A stretch of DNA of 63,568 nt, the filler included, from Lenisia limosa (Eukaryota > Protista > Breviatea), in NCBI GenBank assembly GCA_001655205.1. It is 9 parts of 9 records of this genome, joined end to end, with 100 filler letters (N's around TTAATTAATTAA, not from the genome) between each part and the next. Parts side by side here need not be neighbours in the genome. Positions count along the whole stretch, not along the records: positions 31,762 to 49,294 come from LPNZ01007329.1; positions 49,395 to 53,446 come from LPNZ01009453.1; 7 more parts are not named here. The stretch is one strand, 5' to 3'. Each line of letters begins with the position of its first letter. The first letter of the stretch is position 1. The position numbers and the translations under genes were made by a program. This document shows positions 37,735 through 49,734 of this stretch, piece by piece. The notes beneath the pieces were generated by a model. The model searched no databases. It saw nothing but the letters and a program-made list of their open reading frames with translations, and was not told the DNA's origin.

Positions 37735-40700
37735 CTAGACAGTTACTTCTATGATACCATTCTTCTCTGGTGTAGAAGGTTGGCCAGGAGGAGGGGCTGT
37801 ATTCAAGTCCATTTCTAAAGTCATTATGGGTAGGGCTTCACTTTGATCCAAAAAAAGACTGAATTTATCCAGTGAAGCCCTAATTATGGGCTATCATGAG
37901 GGGCAAAGACAGGATTGTAGGTTATACAGGTTGTGACATGGGCTATACTTTGGTTCGAAAAAAAACTCGAAAAAATATCGATAGTTTTCAAGTTTTTATC
38001 GAGAAATTTAGACATTTTTCGAACCGAAGTGAAGCCCTAGTCGAATGACGAAGCACCACTCACCTTTCAGCTGTTGTTCCTGGACCTTTCGCCATTGCGG
38101 TTCTTTGGAATTGGCATGGCGGAAGATCATAAAGCCGGCTGCTGAGACTCCAATTGCTAAAAAGAGCCCAATTGCCACAAATAATCCTGGGCTGTGAGTT
38201 GCAAAAGCAAATGATATATGAGTCAATCCTGGGCTGTGAGTTGAAAAAGCAAATGATATATGAGTCGCTTTAATCCGTTTTCAACAGAAGTTACATGACG
38301 TTTAATGCCCAAATAGTTGTGTATCGGAATCTCAAGTTACTGGGAATGTTAAATCTTTCCCGTTAGATATTGATGCATTTCAAGTTCAAGTTCAAGTTCT
38401 TGTTCAAGTTCAAGTTCAAGTTCAAGTTACGTGAGTCACGTGGACTCTTTTGTCAGAATCCACTCACCGAGCCCAAATCCGTTGCTTCCACCCCCGTCAT
38501 CTGAAGTTACTGACACCGATTTGTCTTCGTCGATGTTCGGATCAGTTTTTGGTTCAGTTGGTACTTCAACCTGAAAATATGAGCAACTGTGGAAGCTACA
38601 GAGACCGGGATATCTTGACCGATCTTCCTTGGGAAATCACATTGCAAATCGGTCAAGACCTATCCCAGTGACTATATCTAAAGCTACAACACCAGAACAT
38701 TGTGCTTCGTGACTTAGGCTTCACTTTGGTTCGAAAAGACCGGTATAAAGATAGTTTCGAGGATTTCAAAAAAAACCAGTCTTGGAACCGAAGTGAAACC
38801 ACTTTTCGTGACGCCTTACAAAATTCCAAAGGTAATCCGAGACATACCTTGGCAATTGCAAATGGGGTAAAGTGGCAGACGGAGACATGGAGTACGGAAG
38901 AACTTTCATTGAATTGTGAAACTCGCTGAGCAGTTGGACAGGTTTCCTCAGCCCGAATCCATTTACCCTCAAGTTTTATGAGAAGGGACAGTTCCTACAT
39001 GAAGTCACAGAACCCAAAAGAACCGTTACCTCATCATCGTCAAGGGTGACATTTTGCAAAAATAGAGACAGCACAATTGCTTCAGTGGTGGCGAAATTGG
39101 TAGTATTGCCAATAAAGTCTCGAGCAGACAGATCGAAAGATGACTGTATTGTAACAGTACGCCCTAAGTCAGACTTGGCTTCTTCAGAGGGAACTAAGCC
39201 GTTAAACTGAGTCGAAGCTGATCACAATAGTAACAAAATATATTCTTTTGATGCCCAAAATGGTTAATACTGATGTAAATATGTAACATTGACAAACATT
39301 CTATTGGAGACAAAGCAAAAGCAGTCACATCAGACTCATTGAACCCTGAAGCGGTAAGCCATCTTCAAACCAAAGATATTGTTTTTCATTCATACCAGGT
39401 GGCAACTTGACAGTAATGTCAATATTGCTGATTGAAGTCGTATTGAGAGTAGCTATCCACTCCGTTCCATTGACTGCAAAAAGTGTGACATAAGATATTA
39501 CTGAGAAACACAGCACTACAGCGCATCAACTTGAGTTTTCCTTGCTTTTTTTTGGAATCCCATAAATTTCTTCATATTTACATAAAATTCCATGGGATTT
39601 CCATGTAAAATATGGGTATTCCAACGTTTTGCCAAGAATTCCAAGTCGATAAGCCGTAGAATTGTCATGATTGTGTTGGATGGATTGTATACCTGGGGGA
39701 CTAGGGGGATGGCGTAGGTGCTGGCTTTGGTCCGCAACGATCACCCATTGGAACAAATCCTTTCGTCTCACAAGTAGCACAGTGATACAGGTTGGCTGGG
39801 TTGCACGACTTGCATCTCTCCTCGTCCTTCATATCAGCTACATGTGTCATAAATAGGCCCTATGGTCCAAAAAGGGGTGAAACATCAATATTTATCGAGG
39901 ATTTATCGGGAAAATCCTGTTTTTTGGGACCGTAATAAATCCCAGGTCATAAAATATATCAAGTCATACACTAACCTGGGGGGCTGATTAAACAGTATTT
40001 ATTTCTGTAATACGGCATGATGTCGCAATCTGTTGTTGGAAAGTAGTCCAAGCACCACCACGTCTGTACTGGTTAACACTAATAACAACCTGCTTCAGTT
40101 TATCATAATTGAACATGCCAGACAAACCTTAACTCTTTCGCAGTTAATGCAATACTCAGTGTTAGATCCGCCAGTGTCACACTCCTCCTCAAAGTCAAAC
40201 TCTCCTGATCAATCAGCATTTCCCTTGGGCTTCGCTTCGTTTCGAAAAAGCCCGGTAAAATATCGATAGTTTTCGAGGATTTATCGAGAAATTCATTCTT
40301 TATTCGAACCGAAGTGAAATCATATTTCACACAAGAGATGAACGGTATATCGTCACTAACCGTTTCCACAGAGGTACTCACAGACACTTGGTTCGCTCGT
40401 ACAGTACCAGTGTTTGGCAAAGTGGCAGTCTATACATCCGGGACTGTACGACTTTCCCGTATCACAATACTCAGTTAGGTCAGGGTCAGTAATGCCATTT
40501 CCGCATCCGTGAGTAGTGTGTTCGCATATCGAGGGTGAGTTGTGACATATCCAGCCATCGGTAACCTAAGGGTTATAAGGTCCCAAACACAATTTTATAG
40601 TGATTTGGTGAACAAGAGATAAAAATCATGAAGAATATACATGCATATACACTGAACGAGATGTCCTGACTCTTGAGTCACAACATTTCATATTCCTTGA

Positions 40701-43700
40701 CAACCCAGGTGGAAGGCTTGCCTTGTCGAGCCAAACACCCACCTTGCAGCCTATACATCCAGGGCTATCGCCATCACACTCTTCGTCCTCGTCCACTCTT
40801 CCGTTCCCGCATGAATCTTGACGGCAGTGAGAACAAAGACCGATGCACCACTTATAGGGCTTCACTTCGGTTCAAAAAAACTCGGGAAAATATTGATAGT
40901 TATCGAAGATTTATCGAGAAATTCAGTTTATTTTTGAACAGAAGTGAAGCCCTGGCCCTAACGCACCTGGTGCACAAATGGGCAATGGCCACTTCAGATC
41001 CGATTGACACGTTAGTGTTTCGTGAACTGGGTAATAACCCGGGTCACAAGACGCTGTGCAGTTTGTTCCGTACTAAGGTGTGAGAAAAGAGGCGCCCTAC
41101 TTTGACATTGTCTGGACACGTGATGTTGCCATTTTGTACAATGGAAACTGGGTCACACTTACTTGCTGAGATATTAGGAAATATGTACACGATGATCTGG
41201 TATATAACTGAGTGATGTACAAAGTATTGAAAATATCTCCGCAAAGCTTACGAGTGCACACTTGTGGCCATGAACTGTCATTTTGGCATGAAACAGTAGA
41301 GATGGAAGGGGTGATCTTTTCGAAACCGTCAAGACACGTGTATACACACGGTGTCTCATGATCAGTTGTCAAAGGGTCGCATTCTAACTTCATCTCAATT
41401 GGTACTTCATTTGAGCATTTGTTAACTGTAATGTAAGACACAACTCTGAATATCTTGTCGAATGAACTCCAACTTTTGCATGCGTAATGTGCCTCTTCCC
41501 AGACGCCATTGTGCGGGGAACAGCTGAGATGACCAAAATCGGCAGTATAGCCACTGTCACAAACAAAAGTGCAATTAGTCTGTATAATTGAGCACGGTAT
41601 GAGTAATGAACATAATACTGGATACAAAACAAACCTCGAATGTTGCTGGCAAATCGCAGGTTAGATTGCCATGGGAGATGGATGGAGTGTGACACATTTG
41701 AACTGAAGAATGAGTGCTATTTAGAATGTGCTTTCACTTGGGGGTGTTTTTAGTCACCTGGTAGCCCAATCAGGTTACCATCTCTATCACTGTTATATTG
41801 AAGAGTTTAATTGTACAATTGAACTCAACAGGACCACCACCAACTATGACAAGGCTCTGTCCAAGTCCCGTTGTCGTTGCATGAAATACCAGGAACAGAG
41901 TAATGGTACCCAAAGGGACAAACTACATCACAATCACTTGATGTGGTTGGGTTTGGGGGGCAAGTCAAAGTAGCAATAAGTCCTTCGGTTGAGTCACACG
42001 GACGAGCTAAATGAAAAGTTATGGCATGTTCATCTGAAATAAAAAATCAAAAAAGAAGAATCATTGCATGTTTTTAGGGCTTCATTTCGGTTTGAAACAG
42101 ACCGTTAAAATACCGATAGTTTTCATTGATTTATCGGAAAATTAAGTCTTTTTTCGAACTGAAGTGAAGCCCTCTAAATTCAAGTAGAAACAAAGAACAC
42201 CTCTTACGGTTACAAACAACTGGCCATTCTCGGGTGAGCTGAAGTGGTTAAATATGGTTGCAAATCATAGGAATGGAGTAACCCGTCAACATACCTCATT
42301 GCAATTTGTAGTAGCGCTCACAGCGACTTTGTTAGGCGGACATGTGACGTTACAAATGTCTTCTGCTCTTGGGTTGGCTATTGGACATTCAATTTCGTGT
42401 GAAGGTGAGTTGCACAGTACTCCTGGAATGGTGAGATAAGATTGCTCAAATTCCACACATTGTAGAAAAGCTTACCTTGACAGGTGACTTTGGGCCAGCT
42501 GCCATCCACATTACAAGATATGTTAGAATGGGAAGGGGTCCATGGGGAATCGCATATTAAGTCACAGGTGCTCACGACTTGGAGATTTTGGTCTCCATTG
42601 TCACACAAAAAACTGCCATGTTCAACTGAATTGTTAACTGGAACCCGCGAAATGAGGGGGAAAGGAGCACTCAGAGAGCCCACTTGTTGGTACTTCATTA
42701 CAATTGTGAGAGCAGAAGAGGTCCAATGTGTTCCATCCTAAGTCAGTTGGAGAACACTGCACCTGGTTTCTCGAAGGATCGCCGGAAGAGCAGTGGGCTG
42801 AGCAAGGCTGGCTGAAACTCTCCGATGGAGCACAGTTCACTGTCCACTCCGAATGCAGGGGTGGCTTGTGACAAGGCCTTTCTACGCTGTGAAACAGTAA
42901 GACGTTTCGTACCGTTGCATTGGGCTTCAGACCAAGTCCCGTTGAAAGATGATATAGGAAAAGACGCCATGTAAGAAGAAGGACAATTCAGTGCGACTTG
43001 GGTGGAATTGACCCGAGATAACGTACCAATCTCGGGGACTGCGGGTGACGGTTTGGCTTCTACGATGTCAATTGATGGGCTGATGTCGTGATCCATGAGA
43101 TCCATGAAATCACCACAAGTAATAACAAGGATGTATACACATCAAAATATATCACCAATATGGCTTCACTTCGGTTCGAAAAAATCCAGGGAAAATATCG
43201 ATAGTTGTACGAGGATTTATTGAGAAAGCTAGTCATTTTTCGAACCGAAGTGAAGCCCTAATCACCAACCAACCAATGCAGTGTAATTTGCCATTTTGAG
43301 CAACTGGAGTGGAGTGGACACAAAATGTCTCACAAAAGCCCATCGAAACAGTGCTACAGGGCGGTCCTTCGATGAGGTAGTTCGAAGGAAATGACATGGC
43401 CTTGGCTGAACCTGTTAATCGTACAAAGGCACTCTCAACAGTCCCAACAAAACTCAACTCAGATCACAAGATCCCTTTCTACCGTAGATGACAGGACTGA
43501 TGGCGTTCTTAAAGAACTACTGATTGAAGTGTTTGTGTCAAGGACTGCTATTCTAAAAGAGTTAAACTCGTAAAAGCAAGAAGTTTAAGAAAAATACGGA
43601 ATCCCACCCTTCAGGAAGCGAAACAACAGCCGTATTTGCTGGACATTGAACAAAAGAGTTGCATCCATACTTACACAAGCCGATTGCTGAAATGTTACCA

Positions 43701-46700
43701 AAGTGGCTACATGATACTTACGGAATAACCCAGCAGCTTGGGAGTCAGGCCAAGATCCATCAATATCACTGCATGACACAAATGGGATCCTGAGTGCGTG
43801 TGTTGTGTTTTCGTTCTGTGACATAAGACGCAGAGTGACATAAGACTGGGATATGATGCAGGAGTAAATATGATAGCAGTTTAAAAATGACCGAGAGGAA
43901 ATATGCTTCACCTTTACAGACACCCGATAAAGAGACGTCACTCCATCAAAGCCCCCAATCTCTGCGGGATAGGGCTGGCATATTATTTCTGGGAAATGAG
44001 ACATCAACTCTACATGCGGTATTCATAACATTCATATACCATAGCCATATCGATTAGTAATTAGGGCTTCACTGTTTTACTACGGTTCGAAAAAGACCGG
44101 CAAAATATCGATAGTTTTTGAAAAAATATTGAGAAATTCAGCTTTTTTGTTTTGAACCGAAGTGAAGCTCTATTCCTACGTACCTTGTCTTGGAGTTGCA
44201 AGAGTCATTGGTAATAAGAAGGCAAATGTATAGAGGTGAAGCGTGGACTGAATGGTCAAACGAACAGAGTAGAGTCAAAATCACTACAGCCGACTTGGGA
44301 TTCCCTTAGATGAAATAATTTCTTCAAATTTCCATGAAATTCCATTGAATTCCCATGTAAAATATGGGAATTCCAACGTTTTCACAAGAATCACGCCGTA
44401 GTTATCCCTTAACAAACCTGCCACTGTTTCGAGTTGACGAAGGTAGTAATGAAGCTCTCGTAGTCCTAATTGTCAATTTGAAACTTCAGAGTTGCACAGA
44501 ATCAGTTGAGACCACTTACAGTTGCTGTGACATGGGGGTTTACAGTACTCTCAGCAAGCGTGGTAATAGTACCATTTACTGATGCATTGGTCCTGAGAAT
44601 ACCAGGTTAGAGAAGAATGTTGTTATTATTTGAAATATTACAAATCAAAGGACATTATAATTGCTTCAAACTAATAACAGTGAAATCTCAAATTACATAG
44701 AAAACCTACCACGTGACACCAGATAAAGTAGTACTTGTAGACGGCTTTGAAATGACAATGGCTACTTCCACAAAGGACACATTAAACTCGCCTCCGTCAA
44801 CAAAAGTACTAATAGATTATTAAGAGGTGGTAGATGAGGACAGCAGCAGTATATTCAACATATACATACGTTGTTAGTAAGTTTCCTTGAACATCACGTG
44901 ACACATTCACATCAATGTTGCAGTCAATCATAAACAACTCCGCATTGGAAGGTAGGGACAGAATGCTTGTCAAACCAGACACATTGGTATCACTAGGAGA
45001 TAAACTTTCTTCAAGTTTTTACTTACCTTTCAGCTGTGATTGTTGAAAGAACCGAAACATGTTTGGCACTAAAGAAATGAGTATATAAGATGCAGAAATA
45101 TGAAATATGAAAGACCAACGTAACAATCACTCACTGCAGAGATTTGGATGATGTCACTGACGCGATTCCTCCAATATTGGCAGACACAGAAGATGAAATG
45201 ATTCGAACATGGATTGACTCCAAAATCGCTAAGCTGTTAGTAAATTGTAAAATGATAATAGTTATGATTATGTCTTCTTGGATGCTCATACGTGTGATCA
45301 TGTTGAATAGTTCAAATTCAATTGGTACATAATTATAAATTTCACTGTAATACAATTGAACTGGTCAAATATGCTAAAGAGAATGGCTAACCTGATTGGG
45401 CTGTCAGGTGACTAAAAACACCCCCAAGTGAAAGCACATTCTAAATAAATAAATATGGCACGAACAGATGTGGTAGTGGTGTACTTACTGGAGAAGCGGT
45501 CAGTGAAGAAACGTCCAAAAGAACTTTAGCACCGAAGATCTAAAAAATCAGGCATGATATGTTGTCATATTCAAACTTCACTTCCCCCACATTGACATCA
45601 GCGCTACAAGTTGAAATAAGCCCAGAAATCCTCTGAGACAAATCACTGACTGATGAGGCAAAGACCATCTTAACTGCCATGTCCCTAATCTAAAAAATAA
45701 AATTATGTATGATGTTGTATTATTAATTAATTTGTTGTTAAAACCTCTTAGAACTCTCGTACAATAATGGAAGCTCCGGATCTTGCGTCTCCAATCGCTC
45801 CAGCAAAAGATAAGACCGAGCCTTCTGAAACAGACAATTGTATATCACAGTTATTGACAGCGACGGATGACGTGGGTGTCAGCAGCGCTATCAAACCCGC
45901 AAAGGTAGCAGTGGGAGCATTAACCTGTGATATTAGCACAAAACACTCATTTGCTCCATTATAAACAATTTAGAATATGTTGCTTACCGTTTTGACATTG
46001 ACTATGGTTTTGACGTTTGTCAGCTCCACTGTCCCATCACTTTGACTGACCACTCCCCCGAAGTCACCCTACTCAGTTAGTTGCTCATAAAATGTACAGT
46101 GACCGGGATAAGGGCTGATAGGAAGCTTTATCTTTGTCAATCATGTCAGGTCTTATCGTTGTCAGAGTACAGTGACCGGGATAAGTCTTGCTCGATTTTC
46201 CTTGGGAAATCAGAGAGCAAATCGGTCAAGAGTTATCCCGGTCACTGTGTATGGGTCAAAATTGTGCGTTCTCCCACTATAAGATCCGTTGCTTTATAAC
46301 TTCACCCTTTTCAATGAGGTACTCAAAGATATCCACCCACGTCAACAGTCGGCCAGACTTCAATGAAAACATTATCCATTCTGAGGGTCTAAAATGTAAA
46401 TAGTCAGAATGAGAAATAAAAAATAGTTTTATCTGGCCGANNNNNNNNNNNNNNNNNNNNNNNNNNNNNNNNNNNNNNNNNNNNNNNNNNNNNNNNNNNN
46501 NNNNNNNNNNNNNNNNNNNNNNNNNNNNNNNNNNNNNNNNNNNNNNNNNNNNNNNNNNNCCAATATACATATGTATATATAGCTATATACGTATAATATA
46601 TATATAGTATATATCATAAGTATATCGATATGCATTTACCTAATTTTTGGCCAAACCATACCTCCGATACCCCAGAAATAAACCTAGCATCTGAGCCGAC

Positions 46701-49029
46701 CCACTCCCCCATGGGTATATACATATATGTATATTGGACAATCACCCTAACCTGAAGATGAAATTATCAGATTCCGAATCGACAAGAATCCCGAGAGAGA
46801 AGCGACAAGAGGGGACTAAAGGGATTATAGAAATAAATCTCAACAACACAAGAAACTTAAAATACAAATTTCACTGAGGTCTGACTCACTTTTAAGTTGG
46901 TGATTGAAAAGCCGTTTCCATCAATAACCACCGTTGAGTTCTAAGGGTAAATACTGAAGCAAAAAATGGAATACGACGTTATCATCGTATCCCCAGCCTA
47001 CAATGCTGACTGCCCCAAAATCCTCCGTGCTACAGTCGACGTCTTGACTCAATGAAACAATGGCTTTAGTTGCTAAGCCTGATAGCAACTCTGCACATGT
47101 CGAAGCGCTGGTAGATAACAAGGCCCCTAGAAGGTTAAAATAAAGATGTCATAAGGAGCCACCTTCTGCTTTAGGAGTGTAGAAGTGGGCCAAAAGAGCT
47201 TCAATGTCTGCACTCTTGACAAGGGATTTCGGTCTTGAGTTGACAAATGGAGACCGTCTCGGTTTGATTGAGGAAATTGGCTTGGTGGATGTGGAGCTGA
47301 CCTGGAGTGTAAAAAGCGCACAATAGGCTCAAAGAACTCCCAAGAATACTGTTTCTTTGGAGAAGCCAGGGAAGGTCCAGGGACTCAATACCTGAAAAGT
47401 TTAGTATTGTGTGGCCGATTTGAGATTCACTTAAGATCGCCAACATTTGATTGGACAACTGTGCAACTATTATTGGCAGAGGTTCTAAGAGCAACGCTGT
47501 TGTCTGACACAATCTCAACTCGGCAATTGTCAGGCGTCGTTCTGACTGGTTAGCACATTTCTAAGATCGGTTATCAACCAACTCTGATGGAGTCACAAGG
47601 TCGAGGACAACACCATCACCGTCAATAATAAAGGCTTGTTTTGACATAATAAGAATGTTACTTGAACTGCAATCGTGAGATGATTCAAAAACACAATTAA
47701 CACACTTTCAAATGAACACATAGCCACTATCCCTTCTTACGTGACTGCTTTGACAGTAACATTGTCTGCTTTCAACTGTATGACTGTTTCGTCATAACTA
47801 ACACTTTCGCTTCCTCCTGCTATGGAAGAAAGTTCAGTAAAGGAACCATTTCCTAGTGTCTGAAATATCATTTACAAAACTATTAAATTGAAAATTTCAG
47901 AAATTGAAGATATCTGACCTTGAGATCGAGAGTAACAAACACTTTTTTGGAAAATCCCCACTGGTAATTTCCAAAAGTTCTGAATAGTTAGACGAAAAAC
48001 TTGTCAAGGTGCAACACCTACGGCTTCACTTCGGTTCGAAAAAGACCGGTAAATATCGATAATTTTCGAGGATTTATCGAGAAATTCAGATTTCGAACCG
48101 AAGTGAAGCCCTAGCAGCACCCCATGATTAGTAAAGAAAATGAACACTACCACCCACTTGACTACTGTATTGGGGGTTGCAGTGACAATGTGACCTTCCA
48201 CAGCGGTAAATTCAAATGTTCCGTAACTACTGGTTTTCAACACTAGGTAGGCATGGGCCTCAATTTCGGCAATGACAGATATATCAACTCTGCTAATCTG
48301 GATGATGAATTCGACCCGTGGGAAGATGGTTTATGACTAGGTATTCTCTTCGGTTAAAACAAGACCGGTAAAAAAATAGATAGTTTTCGAGGATTGATCG
48401 AGCAATTTAGATTGTTTGAACCGAAGTGAAGCCAGTTATTTATGACATTGTATTACTATTGATAAGGACCCATTCTTACAATTGATAGTGCAATGCCAGT
48501 GGGCTTAAAGCTGGAGAGCCCATTATATTGTTGAACTTTCTCTAATACGACTGAAAAGAGCGAATTTTTGACCTACACAATTACAGAACAGTTTCAGAAA
48601 TGAAAGGTATTGATTGCTTCTATTGTTTGCAAACCGAAAGGATCTGGGTCTCAAGACTCAAAAGAGAAAAGCTGGTAAACAGCTGCACGGATTCAAGAAG
48701 GAATGAGCACCGGTCAATGTCGAGTTTTGGAGGAATCGGACCAAAGAGTCCGTCATATGTTTCGTAATTACCTGATGATGAATTCCCCTTTTTCACAAAC
48801 CGGATGATGCGGATTGTACTAAGTTAAAGTGAGAGTCACGAATAGTTACACTAGCATAAGTGTTGTTGGTGGTGACTTTTGGCAAGTGGCCTTGTGTGTC
48901 AATCTTGAAAATCAGTAAATTAATGTAACAATTCTGATGAATATGTCCCTTGAAAGGTAAACTCACATTAAATTGCAAGAAATCTGCCATGAACGTGCTG
49001 GTGTCCAAATGGCCAAATAATAGGAACAT
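37735..49029 (-). CDS. Very large multi-exon type I membrane protein (GLUG-type region, Sushi/CCP repeats, Myxococcus-type Cys repeat, TM, short tail)
   Basis: Exons: NSTVVIDGNGFSITNLK; GDFGGVVSQSDGTVELTNV; FAGLIALL...FAGAIGDA; Sushi-like CDPVSIVQNGNITC...CTFVCDSGYTADFGHLSCSPHNGVW and CVYTCLDGFEK...SCQNDSSWP; CGNGRVDEDEECDGDSPGC; TM GLFVAIGLFLAIGVSAAGFMIF; stop at 37735. 5' end may be truncated; could be two genes split near the 46441 gap. Confidence 0.75.
37831..37882. mobile_element. Family A MITE, 52-bp mini-derivative
   Basis: tagggcttcac...gtgaagcccta with perfect TSD attatggg/attatggg. Confidence 0.9.
37938..38039. mobile_element. Family A MITE
   Basis: gggctatactttggttcgaaaa...ttcgaaccgaagtgaagcccta. 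Confidence 0.85.
38183..38266. repeat. 42-bp tandem duplication including a splice acceptor
   Basis: aatcctgggctgtgagttg(c/a)aaaagcaaatgatatatgagtc x2. Confidence 0.9.
38379..38428. repeat. (GTTCAA)n microsatellite
   Basis: Direct reading. Confidence 0.9.
38599..38674. mobile_element. Family B MITE
   Basis: TA|cagagaccgggatatcttgaccgat...atcggtcaagacctatcccagtgacta|TA. Confidence 0.85.
38714..38804. mobile_element. Family A MITE
   Basis: TSD ttcgtgac/ttcgtgac. Confidence 0.85.
39552..39648 (+). repeat. Family H dispersed repeat, copy 1
   Basis: ...tttcttcatatttacataaaattccatgggatttccatgtaaaatatgggtattccaacgtttt...; similar to 44296-44390. Confidence 0.7.
39854..39945. mobile_element. Family A MITE, variant subfamily A2
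   Basis: taggccctatggtccaaaaa...tttttgggaccgta; perfect TSD gtcataaa/gtcataaa. Confidence 0.8.
40225..40324. mobile_element. Family A MITE
   Basis: gggcttcgcttcgtttcgaaaaa...ttcgaaccgaagtgaa. Confidence 0.85.
40855..40954. mobile_element. Family A MITE
   Basis: tagggcttcacttcggttcaaaaa...gaacagaagtgaagccct. Confidence 0.9.
41719..41777 (+). repeat. Family G repeat (inverted partner of 45388-45447)
   Basis: atttagaatgtgctttcacttgggggtgtttttagtcacctggtagcccaatcaggtta. Confidence 0.85.
42075..42174. mobile_element. Family A MITE
   Basis: tagggcttcatttcggtttgaaa...ttcgaactgaagtgaagccct. Confidence 0.9.
43159..43260. mobile_element. Family A MITE
   Basis: Perfect TSD atcaccaa/atcaccaa. Confidence 0.92.
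44062..44172. mobile_element. Family A MITE (small insertion in left TIR)
   Basis: tagggcttcactgttttactacggttcgaaaaagaccgg...gaaccgaagtgaagctcta. Confidence 0.85.
44296..44390 (+). repeat. Family H dispersed repeat, copy 2
   Basis: ...tttcttcaaatttccatgaaattccattgaattcccatgtaaaatatgggaattccaacgtttt... Confidence 0.7.
45388..45447 (-). repeat. Family G repeat (inverted partner of 41719-41777)
   Basis: taacctgattgggctgtcaggtgactaaaaacacccccaagtgaaagcacattctaaat. Confidence 0.85.
46097..46247. mobile_element. Family B MITEs: left-half fragment (46097-~46150) plus full copy (46170-46247)
   Basis: Two TA|cagtgaccgggataag starts; the second ends gttatcccggtcactg. Confidence 0.85.
46407..46440 (+). 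repeat. Family C repeat (runs into N gap)
   Basis: gaatgagaaataaaaaatagttttatctggccga|NNN. Confidence 0.7.
48019..48113. mobile_element. Family A MITE
   Basis: TSD gcaacacc/gcagcacc. Confidence 0.92.
48338..48438. mobile_element. Family A MITE
   Basis: Perfect TSD tttatgac/tttatgac. Confidence 0.88.
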
Positions 49030-49294
49030 CTGAAAACCGTTACTATGTCTATTTTCAAAAAAACTGAAAGGTCTTCAGAAAATTGCATAATATTCGAAAA
49101 TAATGATAAATATATCAGCAGAATGATATTGAAATGTTTATACAATGTGAAACGATGTAAAACTGCATCCTATATTGGGGGGGGAGTATATGGCAGACAG
49201 ATGACGGAAGTAGATAAATATGGTGGTGTTGGGGGGTCTGAATCAGTTTTTGTCTCCTCAATATTTGTAAAGTTGGAAAATAAACAAAAGGGGT

Positions 49295-49394
49295 NNNNNN
49301 NNNNNNNNNNNNNNNNNNNNNNNNNNNNNNNNNNNNNNTTAATTAATTAANNNNNNNNNNNNNNNNNNNNNNNNNNNNNNNNNNNNNNNNNNNN
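49295..49394. other. Artificial scaffold-joining spacer
   Basis: 44 N + TTAATTAATTAA + 44 N. Confidence 0.97.
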
Positions 49395-49627
49395 AGATTC
49401 TTCTTTCCAGAAACCACACCACAGACCCCAGCATTCTTACTCGCTATCTCCCGCTCAAGCCCAATCTCGCTGTATTTTCTGGTTGGCATATTTCTGTACC
49501 TCACATTTGTTTGGTGTTAACACAATTTGGTGTTAACACAATTTATATCAGTTCGGTTGCCGAAACGGAACTGACAAATTCTTGGCAAATTTTGATGAAA
49601 ATCCTGAGCAATTCAAGATGAACTCAA

Positions 49628-49734
49628 CAGTATTATTGTTATATTCTCAGTAATTATTGCCAAATTTAATTATGGCTATATTCTCAGTAATTATGGCTAT
49701 ATTCTCAGTAATTATGGCTATCTTCTCAGTAATT
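49628..49734. repeat. 21-bp minisatellite running into N gap
   Basis: atattctcagtaattatggct units. Confidence 0.9.

Noticed and set aside
38450-38972. ORFs such as MLRDLGFTLVRKDRYK... and other ...LHFGSK... / ...NRSEAL... ORFs
   Set aside because: They are translations through MITE A/B sequence; the same peptides recur at every copy.
46980-47070. Papain-like motifs (SLSQDVDCS...AVSIVGWG)
   Set aside because: The motifs are adjacent rather than about 100 aa apart, the catalytic His is absent, and the next exon is a DGNG/GLUG-type segment.
48011-48121. Family A copy as a precise introner (GT in left TSD, AG formed by terminal TA+G)
   Set aside because: Reading-frame analysis requires a larger intron (donor about 48157, acceptor ctaactattcAG about 47984), so the MITE is merely inside it; the same holds for 40855 and 43159.
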